Shown here piece after piece: positions 46,742 through 57,530 of a stretch of 64,000 bases of DNA. Origin of the DNA: an uncultured virus (IMG/VR IMGVR_UViG_3300001419_000001) (Duplodnaviria > Heunggongvirae > Uroviricota > Caudoviricetes); IMG/VR virus record IMGVR_UViG_3300001419_000001, positions 1 to 64,000 of that record; one strand, written 5' to 3'. The notes beneath the pieces are model-generated. The model was given only the letters and a program-made list of their open reading frames with translations. It did no database searches and was not told the DNA's origin. A program made the translations under genes and the position numbers. Each line of letters opens with the position of its first letter. Positions within the stretch are counted from its first letter, which is position 1.

Positions 46742-49700
46742 GATCGTTTCCTCTTGGCTTCGTCTCGAATTGCCTTAGCAACATCTTCCATTCTTTTCCG
46801 AATACCTCTTCGACCATCCTCAACCGCTGTTCGATACTCATCATTGTTTAGGAATTCTTTTGCTGCTTCTTCATACTTGCCTTCAGAAAGCAGTCTTCTG
46901 GTTTTAGGTGACTTGCCCCAACTACCCCTAAATGTAGCAGAGATAATGTATTTTTGAAGTTCATCAGAGTGATCGTCAAAGGTTAATCCACCTAGTTTTC
47001 CACCCTTTGGTCTTTGCTGTGTTTTTTTATTGTAGATATATTCGTGGTTTGTGAACTCTCTGGCTCGTTTTATATAGTCTGGCACATCTGTTTCAAACAA
47101 CCTAAGGGCTTCTTCCTTGGTTATTGATCCCTTGCCTTTCATAAACTCATCGTAGTTCTTATCTGGAAGGGCTTTTTTAAAGGCAGCCCTACTTCTACTA
47201 CTACCATCTAATCTGTGTCCATGACCAACTGTTAAGTATTGCTCAGTTTTAGTTGCCTTTCTTGGCTTTGATATAAAACCTTCCTCACCAATAATTAATT
47301 TTGCTACATCTCTTTGTGGTGGCAAAGCCATTGTTGTTTGAGAGAGCATAGCAGCAGCCGATCCCAAAGTACCAAGCGAACCTCCTGATGCAGTATTAGA
47401 ACTTAATGGTATTGTTTTTTCCCCATCAAAAAAGCCACCACCACTGGATTCTTCGCTTGGTAAGTAATCCTCTCCTAGTTTTTCTTCTATTACTTTTATT
47501 ACATTTTTAGGAAGATCTGCGGTTCGTCTTTTGGGATCTATTGGTTTAACTTCTTTTCTACCGTTAAATATTGGGGCTGTTTGATAAGTAAGCGCACCAT
47601 AAAGTCCTCCCATACCAATAGCCACTCTTTCTAAATCTCTCATTTCTTTTGGCGTACGAGGATTTACAATTGAATTAGCAACTGATCTTAAATCAATAAA
47701 TGCCATAAGATCTCCAGAAAGCGGTAGTTCTTGATTACTTCCATTATTCCTTATGATAAACGCACCCTCATTATTTCTTTGAAATCCATACGGATCTCTA
47801 GGTATTTCTACTAATCCCCATCCTCCCTGATCAAATGCTCTTCTTAGATCATTATCTTCCAAGTTGCCAGAATTGTATGTAAAATCTGGATATCTAGGAT
47901 TGGCAAATGATGGTACTTCTTTGTTTGCCAAGTATGATGCTCCTCTCATGAAATCTATTAATGTAATATCTGAAAACGCAAGCGTCTGTATTGTGTCTTT
48001 GGTTTTGTCAGATAGTTGATTCCATGTTGCTCCAAAACCGGGAATTCCAGTTTTAATAAACTCTAATCTATTTTTTGAATATTGTTCAGGATTGAAGGAA
48101 AGTTTTGGTCTAGAGTTGAAAAACAATCCTGCTATTTGGTGTTTATCATTTGCAAAAACATGTTTTCCATTTGAGTCTTGTAAAAGATTATTGGGGAAGT
48201 TCCATGATGGTCTTCCATTTTTATTTAAATATGGCGGCGGCACATTTAAAGATTTTGTTTGATCGAATCCACCTCTCATGTTTGTTGAGCGATAGGACCA
48301 ATATGGACCCACTGGTCTTGTGACATTTGACAAAAGGAATTCATCTGCAATTTTTTCAAATCTATCGCTATAAGATAGACCTTGTTCTGGGGGTATATAT
48401 CCTTGTTCGTTAGCATATGCTAAGAACCCTAATGTAAATGCAAAATTATCTGAACGTCCCGGTGTAGTTTCTGACGCAAAGGCATCAAAGTTATCCAATA
48501 AAATTTTCATCATCTCTAGTTGATCTTGATCAGACCCATTACTACCGAATTCCGCAAGTCTGCTTTGGTTTTCTGGATTACGATATGATTGCAATATTTT
48601 ATTTAATGATATAACATTTGGATCATTTGCCCATAATGGTATTACTGTACCCGGAAGAATTGTATCTGATTCATTTAAAGACGATGCATTCCAAGCATCA
48701 GCAACTCCTTCTGGAACTCGAATAGTAATGTTGTGGTTTGCTCTTTTAAGTAAGTTCAGCATTCCTATTGTAGTATCTAAAGACAATTGTCCTCTGTTGT
48801 CATCATTGATAACTATTTGCTCAGATCGCGGTGCCCTTGTATTTGTTATTGAAACAAGAAGACCTAGTGGTGTTTCTATGTTTAAGTCATCACGATCTTG
48901 TAGCGAAGACCTATATAATCTCGCTGCTTCCATTGCATTTAAATCATTTCCATTGGGCCTAATTTCAGGCATAGCACTGGTAAAATTTGAATTTCTTATG
49001 TTATTTAGACTTGCTTTATCATCGCCTGCTATAGCAAAGCGAGTTGTAAAACCAAACGATGTTTCTCTAAGAATTCTTTTTTTATCCTCTGGAGAAACAT
49101 TTTTTAATGCTCTTAGTTGTTTAGCGACATTCAAAGAAAATGCTAGTGATATGTTGTCAGTTTTTTCATTTGGGTTATTGAATATCCTTGTAAATCTATC
49201 TTGATATCTTACAGATGGGTCATATGTTAGGTCAACAATATTAGATGAAGCAGGACGACCAATCATGGTATCTGATAGATTGAGTTGAAATGCTGCATTA
49301 TCTCTTAGAGATATTCCCTCATTGGCAACCATTTCTCCAACTCCAATAAATGCAGTTAGAAATGTAAGTGGAGTACCTATCATATCTGGTTCGTCTCCGA
49401 AACTCCTTTCAGCATCTGCTACAGAAATTAGGAAACTTTCCATTCTATTAATTTTATTCTCATCTACTGTGGGACCATAAATCAAATCATTGCTAAGGTA
49501 TGCCCATGCTACGGCTCCCTTTTGAGTTAGTTGTCCTGCTTCCTTATTGAATAAATTAGGATCTTCCCACAAATTTCTCACATCTGCAATAGATGATTTA
49601 TCAAAATTAAATAACTCTTCTGATGATATGGTTATATTGGGACTGACAAGCCCCCAACCAACCAATTGTTTTGTAAACATGTTTCCTGTTTGTGTTCTAT

Positions 49701-51756
49701 ACTCAATGTCTAAGGCTGTTTGATATAGTTTTGTGGCTGATGCTTCATTGTGACCTGATCGTAATAAGTCCCCTAGAAAATCATCAAGGCTATCTGGATT
49801 TTCTTTATATCTTTTTAGAAAATCTAATGCTTCGTATCTCATCATGGGGTTTTTAAGCGGATCTTCTGTGTTTATCCATCTATTTATTACATCTCTTGAT
49901 GCTCCAGAATTTGCCTGCCTGTTGTCAAACGCACTAAGCACTGCTCTGACTTTGGTTTGGATTGTAGAAGAAGAATCTCCCATAATTCCCAACACTTTTT
50001 GAGAAGGCAGTTTTATTTGATCACCAAGTCCAAGTGTATCAACAATATCAGCATCGGATACACTCTGATCAAATGGGAATAATTCTCTTGTTATTCTAAT
50101 AAGCGATGCATTGATTCTATCTGCTGCTTGGTCCACATTAGCAGAGGCTAATATATGAGTATCTCCAATTAGATTACTCAAAGTATTTTGATAAATGGTT
50201 TGATACTCTCTTGATTGGACTACTGTAGAAAGCATCTCATTTTTCTTTGATTGCTGATAAGACATGCCTTTTTCTGTAAGGAAATATATTCCGTTTTCTT
50301 CAGTATATAATCCCCTCTCTACCAAGTTTTCTTTGCTTGTCTGGAAGTGCAACTCTGCTACTCTAACTTGACTGGAAGATAAAGGCATTCCTCTGTATCC
50401 TAGATTGTCATCCCAATATGCTGATGTTAGGGATATTACAAAAGGAAGAGGTTTGTATTCGTTTTCTGGTGGTCTTGTCAATAAACCTCTCATTCCATCA
50501 ACAGCATCTTTTTCTGTTGTTCCTATATACAACTCCGTTGGTGGAATATATTTTGCTCCTTCTGGATTGCTAGCATACTCATTTAATTCCATACTTCTAC
50601 CCAATACTGTTGCATATCTTTCTTGTTGTAGTCTTCTTTCTGTCTCTTTACTAGCAATTTTTACAATAGGCCCTTCAACTGAACTTACGAAGGCACGAAT
50701 TTGGCTTTCTCTTTCTTCAGGAGTTAAGTTTGGCACAAATTGTAATGAATGATCTGCTATGGCTTGCACCAATCTGTTCAAATTGTTAGCCGTAGGGTTA
50801 TCTACTATGCTGTCAATAATAGAGCCATTTACAATATCTCCATCTGCAAAACCAATTGCTTGAAAAAACTGATCGGCATTTGGCATATCTCCAACCAATT
50901 GTTGAAAACTTGGGAAGATTGTGTTTATGTCTCCATTTGTTGATAAGGCTACAAACTCAGGAAGAACATCAACCACAGTTGACATTGAATCTTTCCATCC
51001 TTTGGTAGCCTGTTCTAATAGATAACTATTAGCACCCCTAGAGTAAGAAGAGTTGTTTTTAAATATACCTAGTTGAATCTGTTCCATTGCTGTAGATTTT
51101 GTGTCACGATATGAATTTATTTGTGTGACCAAATCGTTTATTTTTGGATCGGATCTAAACGCTATATCCATTGCAGCAGGATTCAATAAAGGATTATCTC
51201 TATTAAATCTATCTACTTCTTTTTGATACTCAAGGAAAAGTTCATTTAATCTGCCATCAACATTTTGATTTCTTTGTGCTAAGATTGACGTTTTCAATCT
51301 AGATGCTTCTGCTTTCCCACCAGATGTGATAAGATTACCAAGCATTCTTTCTTGAATATCCAGTTCCAACTGAGACTTTCCTTCTGGTCTGTTGATAGGA
51401 TATTCATTGTTGTTGTAGTTGTAAAGTGATTCTCCATTGAGGGAGGCTTGCTCAACTTTATTCAACTCGACTTGGTATGCATTGATTGCATCTTGATCGT
51501 GTCTTTGGTCTCTTTGTCTTTGTGCCTGCTCTAGTTGACCCGGTATTTGTGCCAGTCCCATTGCAGCATTTGCAATATTAGCCAGATTACCATACATGTA
51601 TTCTTCTTGTGATTGACTGGGAAGACGACCATAGACATCTCCAAGTTGGATTTGCCCTCCAACAACCTGCCCCTGTCCATAGTATTGTGGAGACGGTGTG
51701 ACAATATCGGTATTAGGTGGTACTGCCTCTGGTCGAATCATTCTTGGATCAATCAT
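46738..51756 (-). CDS. Internal virion protein (1672 aa) with C-terminal GH24/T4-type lysozyme domain
   Basis: C-terminal LIIGEEGF...YLTVGHGH...GKYEEAAKEFL...R.RM; no Cys seen; gp15-like position. Confidence 0.75.
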   Translation of the reverse strand: MIDPRMIRPEAVPPNTDIVTPSPQYYGQGQVVGGQIQLGDVYGRLPSQSQEEYMYGNLANIANAAMGLAQIPGQLEQAQRQRDQRHDQDAINAYQVELNKVEQASLNGESLYNYNNNEYPINRPEGKSQLELDIQERMLGNLITSGGKAEASRLKTSILAQRNQNVDGRLNELFLEYQKEVDRFNRDNPLLNPAAMDIAFRSDPKINDLVTQINSYRDTKSTAMEQIQLGIFKNNSSYSRGANSYLLEQATKGWKDSMSTVVDVLPEFVALSTNGDINTIFPSFQQLVGDMPNADQFFQAIGFADGDIVNGSIIDSIVDNPTANNLNRLVQAIADHSLQFVPNLTPEERESQIRAFVSSVEGPIVKIASKETERRLQQERYATVLGRSMELNEYASNPEGAKYIPPTELYIGTTEKDAVDGMRGLLTRPPENEYKPLPFVISLTSAYWDDNLGYRGMPLSSSQVRVAELHFQTSKENLVERGLYTEENGIYFLTEKGMSYQQSKKNEMLSTVVQSREYQTIYQNTLSNLIGDTHILASANVDQAADRINASLIRITRELFPFDQSVSDADIVDTLGLGDQIKLPSQKVLGIMGDSSSTIQTKVRAVLSAFDNRQANSGASRDVINRWINTEDPLKNPMMRYEALDFLKRYKENPDSLDDFLGDLLRSGHNEASATKLYQTALDIEYRTQTGNMFTKQLVGWGLVSPNITISSEELFNFDKSSIADVRNLWEDPNLFNKEAGQLTQKGAVAWAYLSNDLIYGPTVDENKINRMESFLISVADAERSFGDEPDMIGTPLTFLTAFIGVGEMVANEGISLRDNAAFQLNLSDTMIGRPASSNIVDLTYDPSVRYQDRFTRIFNNPNEKTDNISLAFSLNVAKQLRALKNVSPEDKKRILRETSFGFTTRFAIAGDDKASLNNIRNSNFTSAMPEIRPNGNDLNAMEAARLYRSSLQDRDDLNIETPLGLLVSITNTRAPRSEQIVINDDNRGQLSLDTTIGMLNLLKRANHNITIRVPEGVADAWNASSLNESDTILPGTVIPLWANDPNVISLNKILQSYRNPENQSRLAEFGSNGSDQDQLEMMKILLDNFDAFASETTPGRSDNFAFTLGFLAYANEQGYIPPEQGLSYSDRFEKIADEFLLSNVTRPVGPYWSYRSTNMRGGFDQTKSLNVPPPYLNKNGRPSWNFPNNLLQDSNGKHVFANDKHQIAGLFFNSRPKLSFNPEQYSKNRLEFIKTGIPGFGATWNQLSDKTKDTIQTLAFSDITLIDFMRGASYLANKEVPSFANPRYPDFTYNSGNLEDNDLRRAFDQGGWGLVEIPRDPYGFQRNNEGAFIIRNNGSNQELPLSGDLMAFIDLRSVANSIVNPRTPKEMRDLERVAIGMGGLYGALTYQTAPIFNGRKEVKPIDPKRRTADLPKNVIKVIEEKLGEDYLPSEESSGGGFFDGEKTIPLSSNTASGGSLGTLGSAAAMLSQTTMALPPQRDVAKLIIGEEGFISKPRKATKTEQYLTVGHGHRLDGSSRSRAAFKKALPDKNYDEFMKGKGSITKEEALRLFETDVPDYIKRAREFTNHEYIYNKKTQQRPKGGKLGGLTFDDHSDELQKYIISATFRGSWGKSPKTRRLLSEGKYEEAAKEFLNNDEYRTAVEDGRRGIRKRMEDVAKAIRDEAKRKRS

Positions 51757-51767
51757 TTAAAGTCTCC

Positions 51768-52448
51768 TTAAGGTCTTGCTAGGTAATATGGTGCAGGTGT
51801 TTGACCAACTTGTGGTGCTGATGTGCCCATGCCGGAAATAGAGGCATACGCGCCTAGACCTGACGCAAGACCACCTGCTGTTCCTGCAATAATATTCATT
51901 GCCCCATAGGATTCTCCTATTGGCTTTTGACTGGATAACTGTAGGTTGGGCATGATTAAATCAAAGCGTTGTTGATTCATCATATTCTCCATTTGTCTCT
52001 TGATATTGTTTTCTGTTTGTTTATAGTTTCTATCTGACTGCATTGTTTGATTTAGGAAGTTTGCACTTTGTGCTAGGCTCAATGCCTTGGCTGTGCCTCC
52101 AGATATTTTGGATGCTGCTAGTTGATTACCTAATGCACCTTTCATTTGTCTGTAGGTTTTGCTCATCTCCCCATCTGCAAATGATTTTTGGAGGCTAAGT
52201 GCTTTAAGTGAATCGCTCTCAAAAAGATATGCTGCTCGTTGAATGGCAGCATTTCGTTCCATTTGTTGTTGCTGGGCATAAGAGGCATTGAATAATTGCT
52301 TACCATTGTTGATGGCCTTTTGCATTTCTCCCTGAATCCAAGCCTGTCGTGCTTGTTGCTCTCTTCTTCTAGCAGCAGAATTGCCTGTAATACCTTGAAA
52401 AATACCGCTTACTATGCCAGCACCTAGTGCAATTGCTCCTAAATCCAT
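51768..52448 (-). CDS. Internal virion protein (T7 gp14-like)
   Basis: Gly/Ala-rich hydrophobic ends, Gln-rich middle, AASKISG; first gene of the ejection cluster. Confidence 0.7.
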   Translation of the reverse strand: MDLGAIALGAGIVSGIFQGITGNSAARRREQQARQAWIQGEMQKAINNGKQLFNASYAQQQQMERNAAIQRAAYLFESDSLKALSLQKSFADGEMSKTYRQMKGALGNQLAASKISGGTAKALSLAQSANFLNQTMQSDRNYKQTENNIKRQMENMMNQQRFDLIMPNLQLSSQKPIGESYGAMNIIAGTAGGLASGLGAYASISGMGTSAPQVGQTPAPYYLARP

Positions 52449-52451
52449 ATG

Positions 52452-54116
52452 TTACCTCCATCCCCATTGGTTACTTTTCTTTTGTTGCTTCTTGGCTGTC
52501 AGTTCGCGAATAGCCCCACTGTGGGGAATCCAGTCAGAAGCCCTGAAATCGCTAGCCCAACTAGCAACCATGTTTTCCCATTCTTTTTGTTTATTATCTT
52601 GAATAAGTCTATCTGTATTGTATTGCATCATGTCCTTGTAGAAGTCCACGGCACTGGCAAGGGCATCAATGCGGTCATCATGTTTGAGGCATCCACGCTC
52701 GTCTGTGAGCCTTGTGAGTTGGATCTGGTTCTTCTCATCCTTGGCTACCCTACGATCCCATACAAGGCGATGCTGGGCTATCACAGGCTCTAGGGTATCC
52801 AGCATCCTTGCTTCCTTCCGTCCCGATACACGGAACTCCTCGATGCCTATACGCCCACAGTTCTCAATGAGGAATGGGGTAATGACTTTGGAAAAGAGAC
52901 CATCACCAAAGTTGGACTCTACCCGTACCATTTTGATCCCATATTCTAAACATAATTTAGCAATTTTGTTTAGGACAGCATCGTTGTATCCCCCCTCCCA
53001 TCCAATCAGTTCGTGGATGTAGATCATCCCACCAGCCGTGGAGGCAATGCATACAGCAGTCTCATCTGCCCCACGACCAGAGGGATCTATGACCATGTGT
53101 CTATGTTGATAGTCCACATAGTTTGAGGATATGTGCATAGGTTCCATGATCATATCCCCACCCAGTCCCCAACTTGGCATCTTCTTATTGGCGTTTTGAC
53201 CCTGCCAGATGACTTTCTCTGGAGCCTTGTCAAACGGCACATCGAATACGATGAGATCGGACAGCTTCAACGGATACTTGTCTATATCTGACAGGGTAGT
53301 ATCAAGCATGTATTGCAAGGCAAAAGCCTTGGGTCCAATCTTAGCCTTGCGTTCCATGAGCATTTCCGTGTCAAAACGCTCAGGCTGGGTGGACTCGCCA
53401 GCAGCAAGATTAAGATCCCATATCCAATCAGCAATATCCTCGGATTCACCGGGGAGGCTTTGGTCAGGCATGAGAGCAGGATACTTGACCAATGGATATG
53501 ATTGCTTGAGTACTGTATATATTGATTCCGCAGAGTGCGGTGTCCCTAGGAACAAGACTCTTGATCCCTTGTTCCTGACGGACTCTAGTTCGGTTAGTTT
53601 GTGAAGAAGACGCTCTCTTGCTTCTACAGTTTGGGTATTGGTTGAGATCTCTACGTCATCACAGATGATGAGATCTGCGTGGAGTCCTGTAATCTGAGAG
53701 GTTGATCCTCTGGCAGTGCAGGATAGATCCTGTGTGAATGATGTTCTGATATTGTGATTGAAGCCAAGTGCCGAGTCTTTGGTATGCTCATCTGGAATCA
53801 TGTGATTGCAGTATGGCACCATGTTCAGGATCTTTCTTGTTTGAGATACAAACTCAATGGCTTTCTGTTGGGTGGCAGACAACACCAATACAGTCTTGTT
53901 TGGATTTGCCATCATGAACCATGAGGCAAACATGGCGGTGAGCGTGGACTTCCCTGTTCCACGCCCAGCCGCCAGAATGAAATCGTTTGGTCCATACTGA
54001 AGTTGTCTTGAGATTTCATATTGCATGGGGGTAGGCTCTCCAAGTCCTAGGTGCTTCATGCAAAAGAACACATGGTTCCTGAAATCATTAACGACTTCTT
54101 CAGTAGGTTTAATCAA
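52452..54116 (-). CDS. terL: Terminase large subunit (T7 gp19-like)
   Basis: AGRGTGKS, QITG.HADLIICDDVE, LGTPH, IDPSGRGADET, ESNFGDG, HDDRIDAL. Confidence 0.96.
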   Translation of the reverse strand: MIKPTEEVVNDFRNHVFFCMKHLGLGEPTPMQYEISRQLQYGPNDFILAAGRGTGKSTLTAMFASWFMMANPNKTVLVLSATQQKAIEFVSQTRKILNMVPYCNHMIPDEHTKDSALGFNHNIRTSFTQDLSCTARGSTSQITGLHADLIICDDVEISTNTQTVEARERLLHKLTELESVRNKGSRVLFLGTPHSAESIYTVLKQSYPLVKYPALMPDQSLPGESEDIADWIWDLNLAAGESTQPERFDTEMLMERKAKIGPKAFALQYMLDTTLSDIDKYPLKLSDLIVFDVPFDKAPEKVIWQGQNANKKMPSWGLGGDMIMEPMHISSNYVDYQHRHMVIDPSGRGADETAVCIASTAGGMIYIHELIGWEGGYNDAVLNKIAKLCLEYGIKMVRVESNFGDGLFSKVITPFLIENCGRIGIEEFRVSGRKEARMLDTLEPVIAQHRLVWDRRVAKDEKNQIQLTRLTDERGCLKHDDRIDALASAVDFYKDMMQYNTDRLIQDNKQKEWENMVASWASDFRASDWIPHSGAIRELTAKKQQKKSNQWGWR

Positions 54117-54334
54117 TATGTTGATTCCTTGATCTTGAAGGGTGCAGCCTCGGACATTGCCTTGGTTACTTCTTCAAGTGCTTGACTTGGGATGCCATCT
54201 GCTGCTTCTCTATTGTCATTGATGATGCCACGGATGACGGTATATAGCCCCGGAGTACACTTGTCAGGATCCTTGAGATCCCGAACAAGTGAATCCAGTA
54301 GCATCTCATTTAAGATCTGTACTTTACTCTTCAT
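54113..54334 (-). CDS. Terminase small subunit (T7 gp18-like)
   Basis: Short helical protein coupled (ATGA) to terL; L..DL.D....TP.LY..I.....DN pattern. Confidence 0.7.
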   Translation of the reverse strand: MKSKVQILNEMLLDSLVRDLKDPDKCTPGLYTVIRGIINDNREAADGIPSQALEEVTKAMSEAAPFKIKESTY

Positions 54335-54422
54335 CGAATAAGGCTTCTAATCTTAGAGATGGGAAATATACATCCTGCGATGTATCCGGCTAGGCACATC
54401 AGCCCAGCAAACCACAAACTTC

Positions 54423-54980
54423 CTAGGAATGCTTCCATTGTTTTTTCTCCTTTTTGTATGCAGCATCAAAGTCCTTGTCTGTTGCTCTGAGAACAGCCAC
54501 GGCTTCTCTGATGCTTGTTTTGGAAGTATCGTCTTCTGCCTCAATCATCAACTTTGCGGTTTCTTTCTTCCCTTTGGGAATCATTGAGGCAAACAATCTC
54601 ATAAACGCTCTAATTGGTTTTCCCAATCCAAGGTACCATAGGATGACGAAGGCTCCTATGATTCCTAGTGACAACAATCCGTATTCCAGTATTGGTGCCC
54701 ACCATGGAACTGTGTCATCAATCTCTGGTAACAGTTCCACGGTATTGTACATAATATCAATAATATCTTGTTGCTCTCTTGCTCCATGTTTTGCTTCATC
54801 ACTGATGAGCAGAACATCCATATGCTCGGTTTTACGGACCTCTTCCTCAATAGTTTGGAATCGCTCTTTGCTTGACTGTGCTACTCTAGAAACCTCTACA
54901 ACATTCTTTCCTATTTGTTTGGAAGGGGAACACCCATTAATTAGAACGATCAAGACGATCCATGCGTACTCTAAGCGCAT
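54423..54980 (-). CDS. Membrane lipoprotein (spanin/lysis-related candidate)
   Basis: Signal peptide with lipobox-like INGC and an internal TM helix. Confidence 0.55.
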   Translation of the reverse strand: MRLEYAWIVLIVLINGCSPSKQIGKNVVEVSRVAQSSKERFQTIEEEVRKTEHMDVLLISDEAKHGAREQQDIIDIMYNTVELLPEIDDTVPWWAPILEYGLLSLGIIGAFVILWYLGLGKPIRAFMRLFASMIPKGKKETAKLMIEAEDDTSKTSIREAVAVLRATDKDFDAAYKKEKKQWKHS

Positions 54981-55200
54981 CTATTCTCTCCTTTAAAGCA
55001 GCATCTGTTGCAACAAATTCAATCTGCGATTTGGTCAACTCTTCTACAATTTCTTTTAAATCTTCTAGTTGACCTGTGTTGTAGACTTGATTTGCCTGAT
55101 ATTCACCTACTCTTACAAATACTCCAGCCAAACCTATAGCAATAATTACTATCTGAAGCAATTGTAAAACAGTTGATAAGTCTGGGTGCTTTCCTTCCAT
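54937..55200 (-). CDS. Single-TM coiled-coil protein (holin/lysis candidate)
   Basis: N-terminal TM then coiled coil; lysis-gene position before the terminase. Confidence 0.5.
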   Translation of the reverse strand: MEGKHPDLSTVLQLLQIVIIAIGLAGVFVRVGEYQANQVYNTGQLEDLKEIVEELTKSQIEFVATDAALKERIDALRVRMDRLDRSN

Positions 55201-55212
55201 TGTATCTCTCCT

Positions 55213-56448
55213 TTAGATTTCGTATACAAGTTGTGTTATTGGATTGGTTTGTAATTTTTCAATAGCATCTGCTTTCATGTCATCCATGTATTGAATCATT
55301 CTTTGGCACACAGCGTGTCTTAGTGTTTCTTCGTCTGTTGGACTGTTCCAATCTGGGGCAACACCATTAAAAAATTCTTCAGTATATGCTGCTCTATATC
55401 TGCTTATTCGTTGACCCATGGCTTGTTCGTCTTCTGGAAGATCTGTCCAATCTAGAGGATATGTCGATAGATCAAACGCACTCGGTACCCAAAAAGTTTG
55501 ACCAGACCATAAAGTAAAGTTATTATACGACCCATTTTCCAATGCTGGATAAATCATTTCATCTCTTACTTCTTCACTACCTACAAATATTGGCAAATAA
55601 TTATCACCAATATTTATATATTGATACATTGGACATAGCATTGGAATTATTAGTTTGTCTTGGTTTCTGTCTTCATTGTGTCTTTTACTTGCTTCTATAT
55701 TATAATGCACCCATCTTTTAGTTTGTTCAGATCTTTCTGGGGCTACATATTTATCAAAAAATGAAGGTGATATGTAATCCTGCTCATCAAGAAGTGGACC
55801 ATATGCTGTTACATATTGATTTAATCTTTCGTTTATTAAATCATACTGATTACTTTGCTCTAATCCTAACCAAGTATTGCTAAAGATAAAGAATCTAACA
55901 TTTGGTTCACCATAAAAAGCCCATTTAATTTGTGGAAATGAATTTTTAACTTTTTGGATAAGATCAATCATTTCATTCAATGCATGGAAATAATTATCAT
56001 TTGGTGGATTGCTTACGCCTTGAGCCAACCAACTCATGTATGGGGTTTCAAAATCAAGAATCCCATATTCTGCGTCGTTTAACCAAGGTCGTCCTGCAAT
56101 GTAATTAAGAACTGCTGAATCATTTATAGTACCAGTACTATTTGAATCGCCTGCTGCTTGAGGAACATATAGTTCTCTTTTGTGTCCTTTAGCAAGTGCC
56201 TGTTCATTGTATGTTGGTGTTGGTGGTGCTATCAAAGGCTCTGGTAAGTTATCATAATGGACAGCAGATGAATATGCATATGAGTTATCTCTAATCCAAA
56301 CCTTATCAATTTTTTTCAGTTGTCCTTCTTCTCTAATCCATACATCACTTATTTCTAAGGCTGTTCCTGTGTTGTCTCTAATCCACAGTTTTCCATTCTC
56401 TTCTGGTGGTCCTCCGGGTTGGCTCGGTCCTCCAATATGATTACTCAT
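55213..56448 (-). CDS. Tail-associated glycoside hydrolase-like protein (GH56/hyaluronidase-like TIM barrel)
   Basis: GILDFE, FPQIKWAFYGEP, DYISPSFF resemble GH56 motifs; N-terminal (K/D).WIR repeats. Confidence 0.55.
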   Translation of the reverse strand: MSNHIGGPSQPGGPPEENGKLWIRDNTGTALEISDVWIREEGQLKKIDKVWIRDNSYAYSSAVHYDNLPEPLIAPPTPTYNEQALAKGHKRELYVPQAAGDSNSTGTINDSAVLNYIAGRPWLNDAEYGILDFETPYMSWLAQGVSNPPNDNYFHALNEMIDLIQKVKNSFPQIKWAFYGEPNVRFFIFSNTWLGLEQSNQYDLINERLNQYVTAYGPLLDEQDYISPSFFDKYVAPERSEQTKRWVHYNIEASKRHNEDRNQDKLIIPMLCPMYQYINIGDNYLPIFVGSEEVRDEMIYPALENGSYNNFTLWSGQTFWVPSAFDLSTYPLDWTDLPEDEQAMGQRISRYRAAYTEEFFNGVAPDWNSPTDEETLRHAVCQRMIQYMDDMKADAIEKLQTNPITQLVYEI

Positions 56449-57521
56449 TGTTGGGCTTTCCTAAATATGATCTGGCCTTCTGGTCCAGAGGTTTCTGGTT
56501 GATCTCCTGTCTCGATTACTACAAAGTAAGGAACGGCTGTTCCATAGGTGTGATTGGGTGATGTTGTCATTCTTAACGGCTTACTCACTACTGGGTTGGC
56601 TCTTTCTACTGCCCCAATCTCATAAGAGTTTAATCCGTCTCCACCTAAACCACTGCCCGGTGCAGCAGTCTGTCTTGTTGTTGTGTGATGTCTTGTAACA
56701 TGGGTTGGTAAATCATCAGCAGTGGCTGCTGTGATGCTGTCAATAAACCCATCAGCATTTGTTGAGAGTTTGTAAATATTCAGTGATTGATTTGGAGTTA
56801 GCTCAACATCTGATTTACGAACAACACTTGTAGATATAGTTGGTGGGTTACTAACAGTTGCAGTAGTAAATGAACCTAAAGCAGATGAAATTGATGATGT
56901 AAAACTTCCAGTTTGTGCCACTATAGTGGTTGAAAGTATGGTCCCAAGTGTGGATATCCCCGGTACTTCAATATTCCCATTAAAGGTAGCGAGACCAGTA
57001 AAAACTGATGTGGATCCTACAGCTAAAGTAGTTGGGCTTAGGTTTGCTATTGACAATGTGCCTGATAAATCTGCATCAATGGACCAAATTTTCTTTACTC
57101 TATTTGAAGTAGATCCAATGTCATATAGATTATTTGTTCCGGGTAGTATATCACCATTGAAGGTTAAGTCATTGATAATGGATCCAGTCTCTTTGATATC
57201 TGTTGATCCTGCTTGAAACCTATCACTCAATATCTTGTCTGGGTATATTTCTGTATTATCAGATGTTGACTGAATTGTTATCTTTGAGTTTGTATTTGAG
57301 TTACTAGAAATTACAATTGATTGGAGGCTTGATGCATTAGCACTTCCAATTGTTAAACTAGATGGTGTCCATATTGAATTGTTATCACTTGATCTTAGGC
57401 TTGTTGTATAGGTGCCATTTGTTTTGGCAATAAAATCATTTGAAAAATCAGACGAGGTACAGTTACATCCACCAGTTTGATCGCTGGAGATAATCTCAAT
57501 AATATCATAATTCTGTGGCAT
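56445..57521 (-). CDS. Tail fibre-like protein
   Basis: Ser/Thr-rich; GDILPGTNNLYDIGSTSNR.K.IW fibre motif. Confidence 0.6.
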   Translation of the reverse strand: MPQNYDIIEIISSDQTGGCNCTSSDFSNDFIAKTNGTYTTSLRSSDNNSIWTPSSLTIGSANASSLQSIVISSNSNTNSKITIQSTSDNTEIYPDKILSDRFQAGSTDIKETGSIINDLTFNGDILPGTNNLYDIGSTSNRVKKIWSIDADLSGTLSIANLSPTTLAVGSTSVFTGLATFNGNIEVPGISTLGTILSTTIVAQTGSFTSSISSALGSFTTATVSNPPTISTSVVRKSDVELTPNQSLNIYKLSTNADGFIDSITAATADDLPTHVTRHHTTTRQTAAPGSGLGGDGLNSYEIGAVERANPVVSKPLRMTTSPNHTYGTAVPYFVVIETGDQPETSGPEGQIIFRKAQQ

Positions 57522-57530
57522 GGTATCTCC

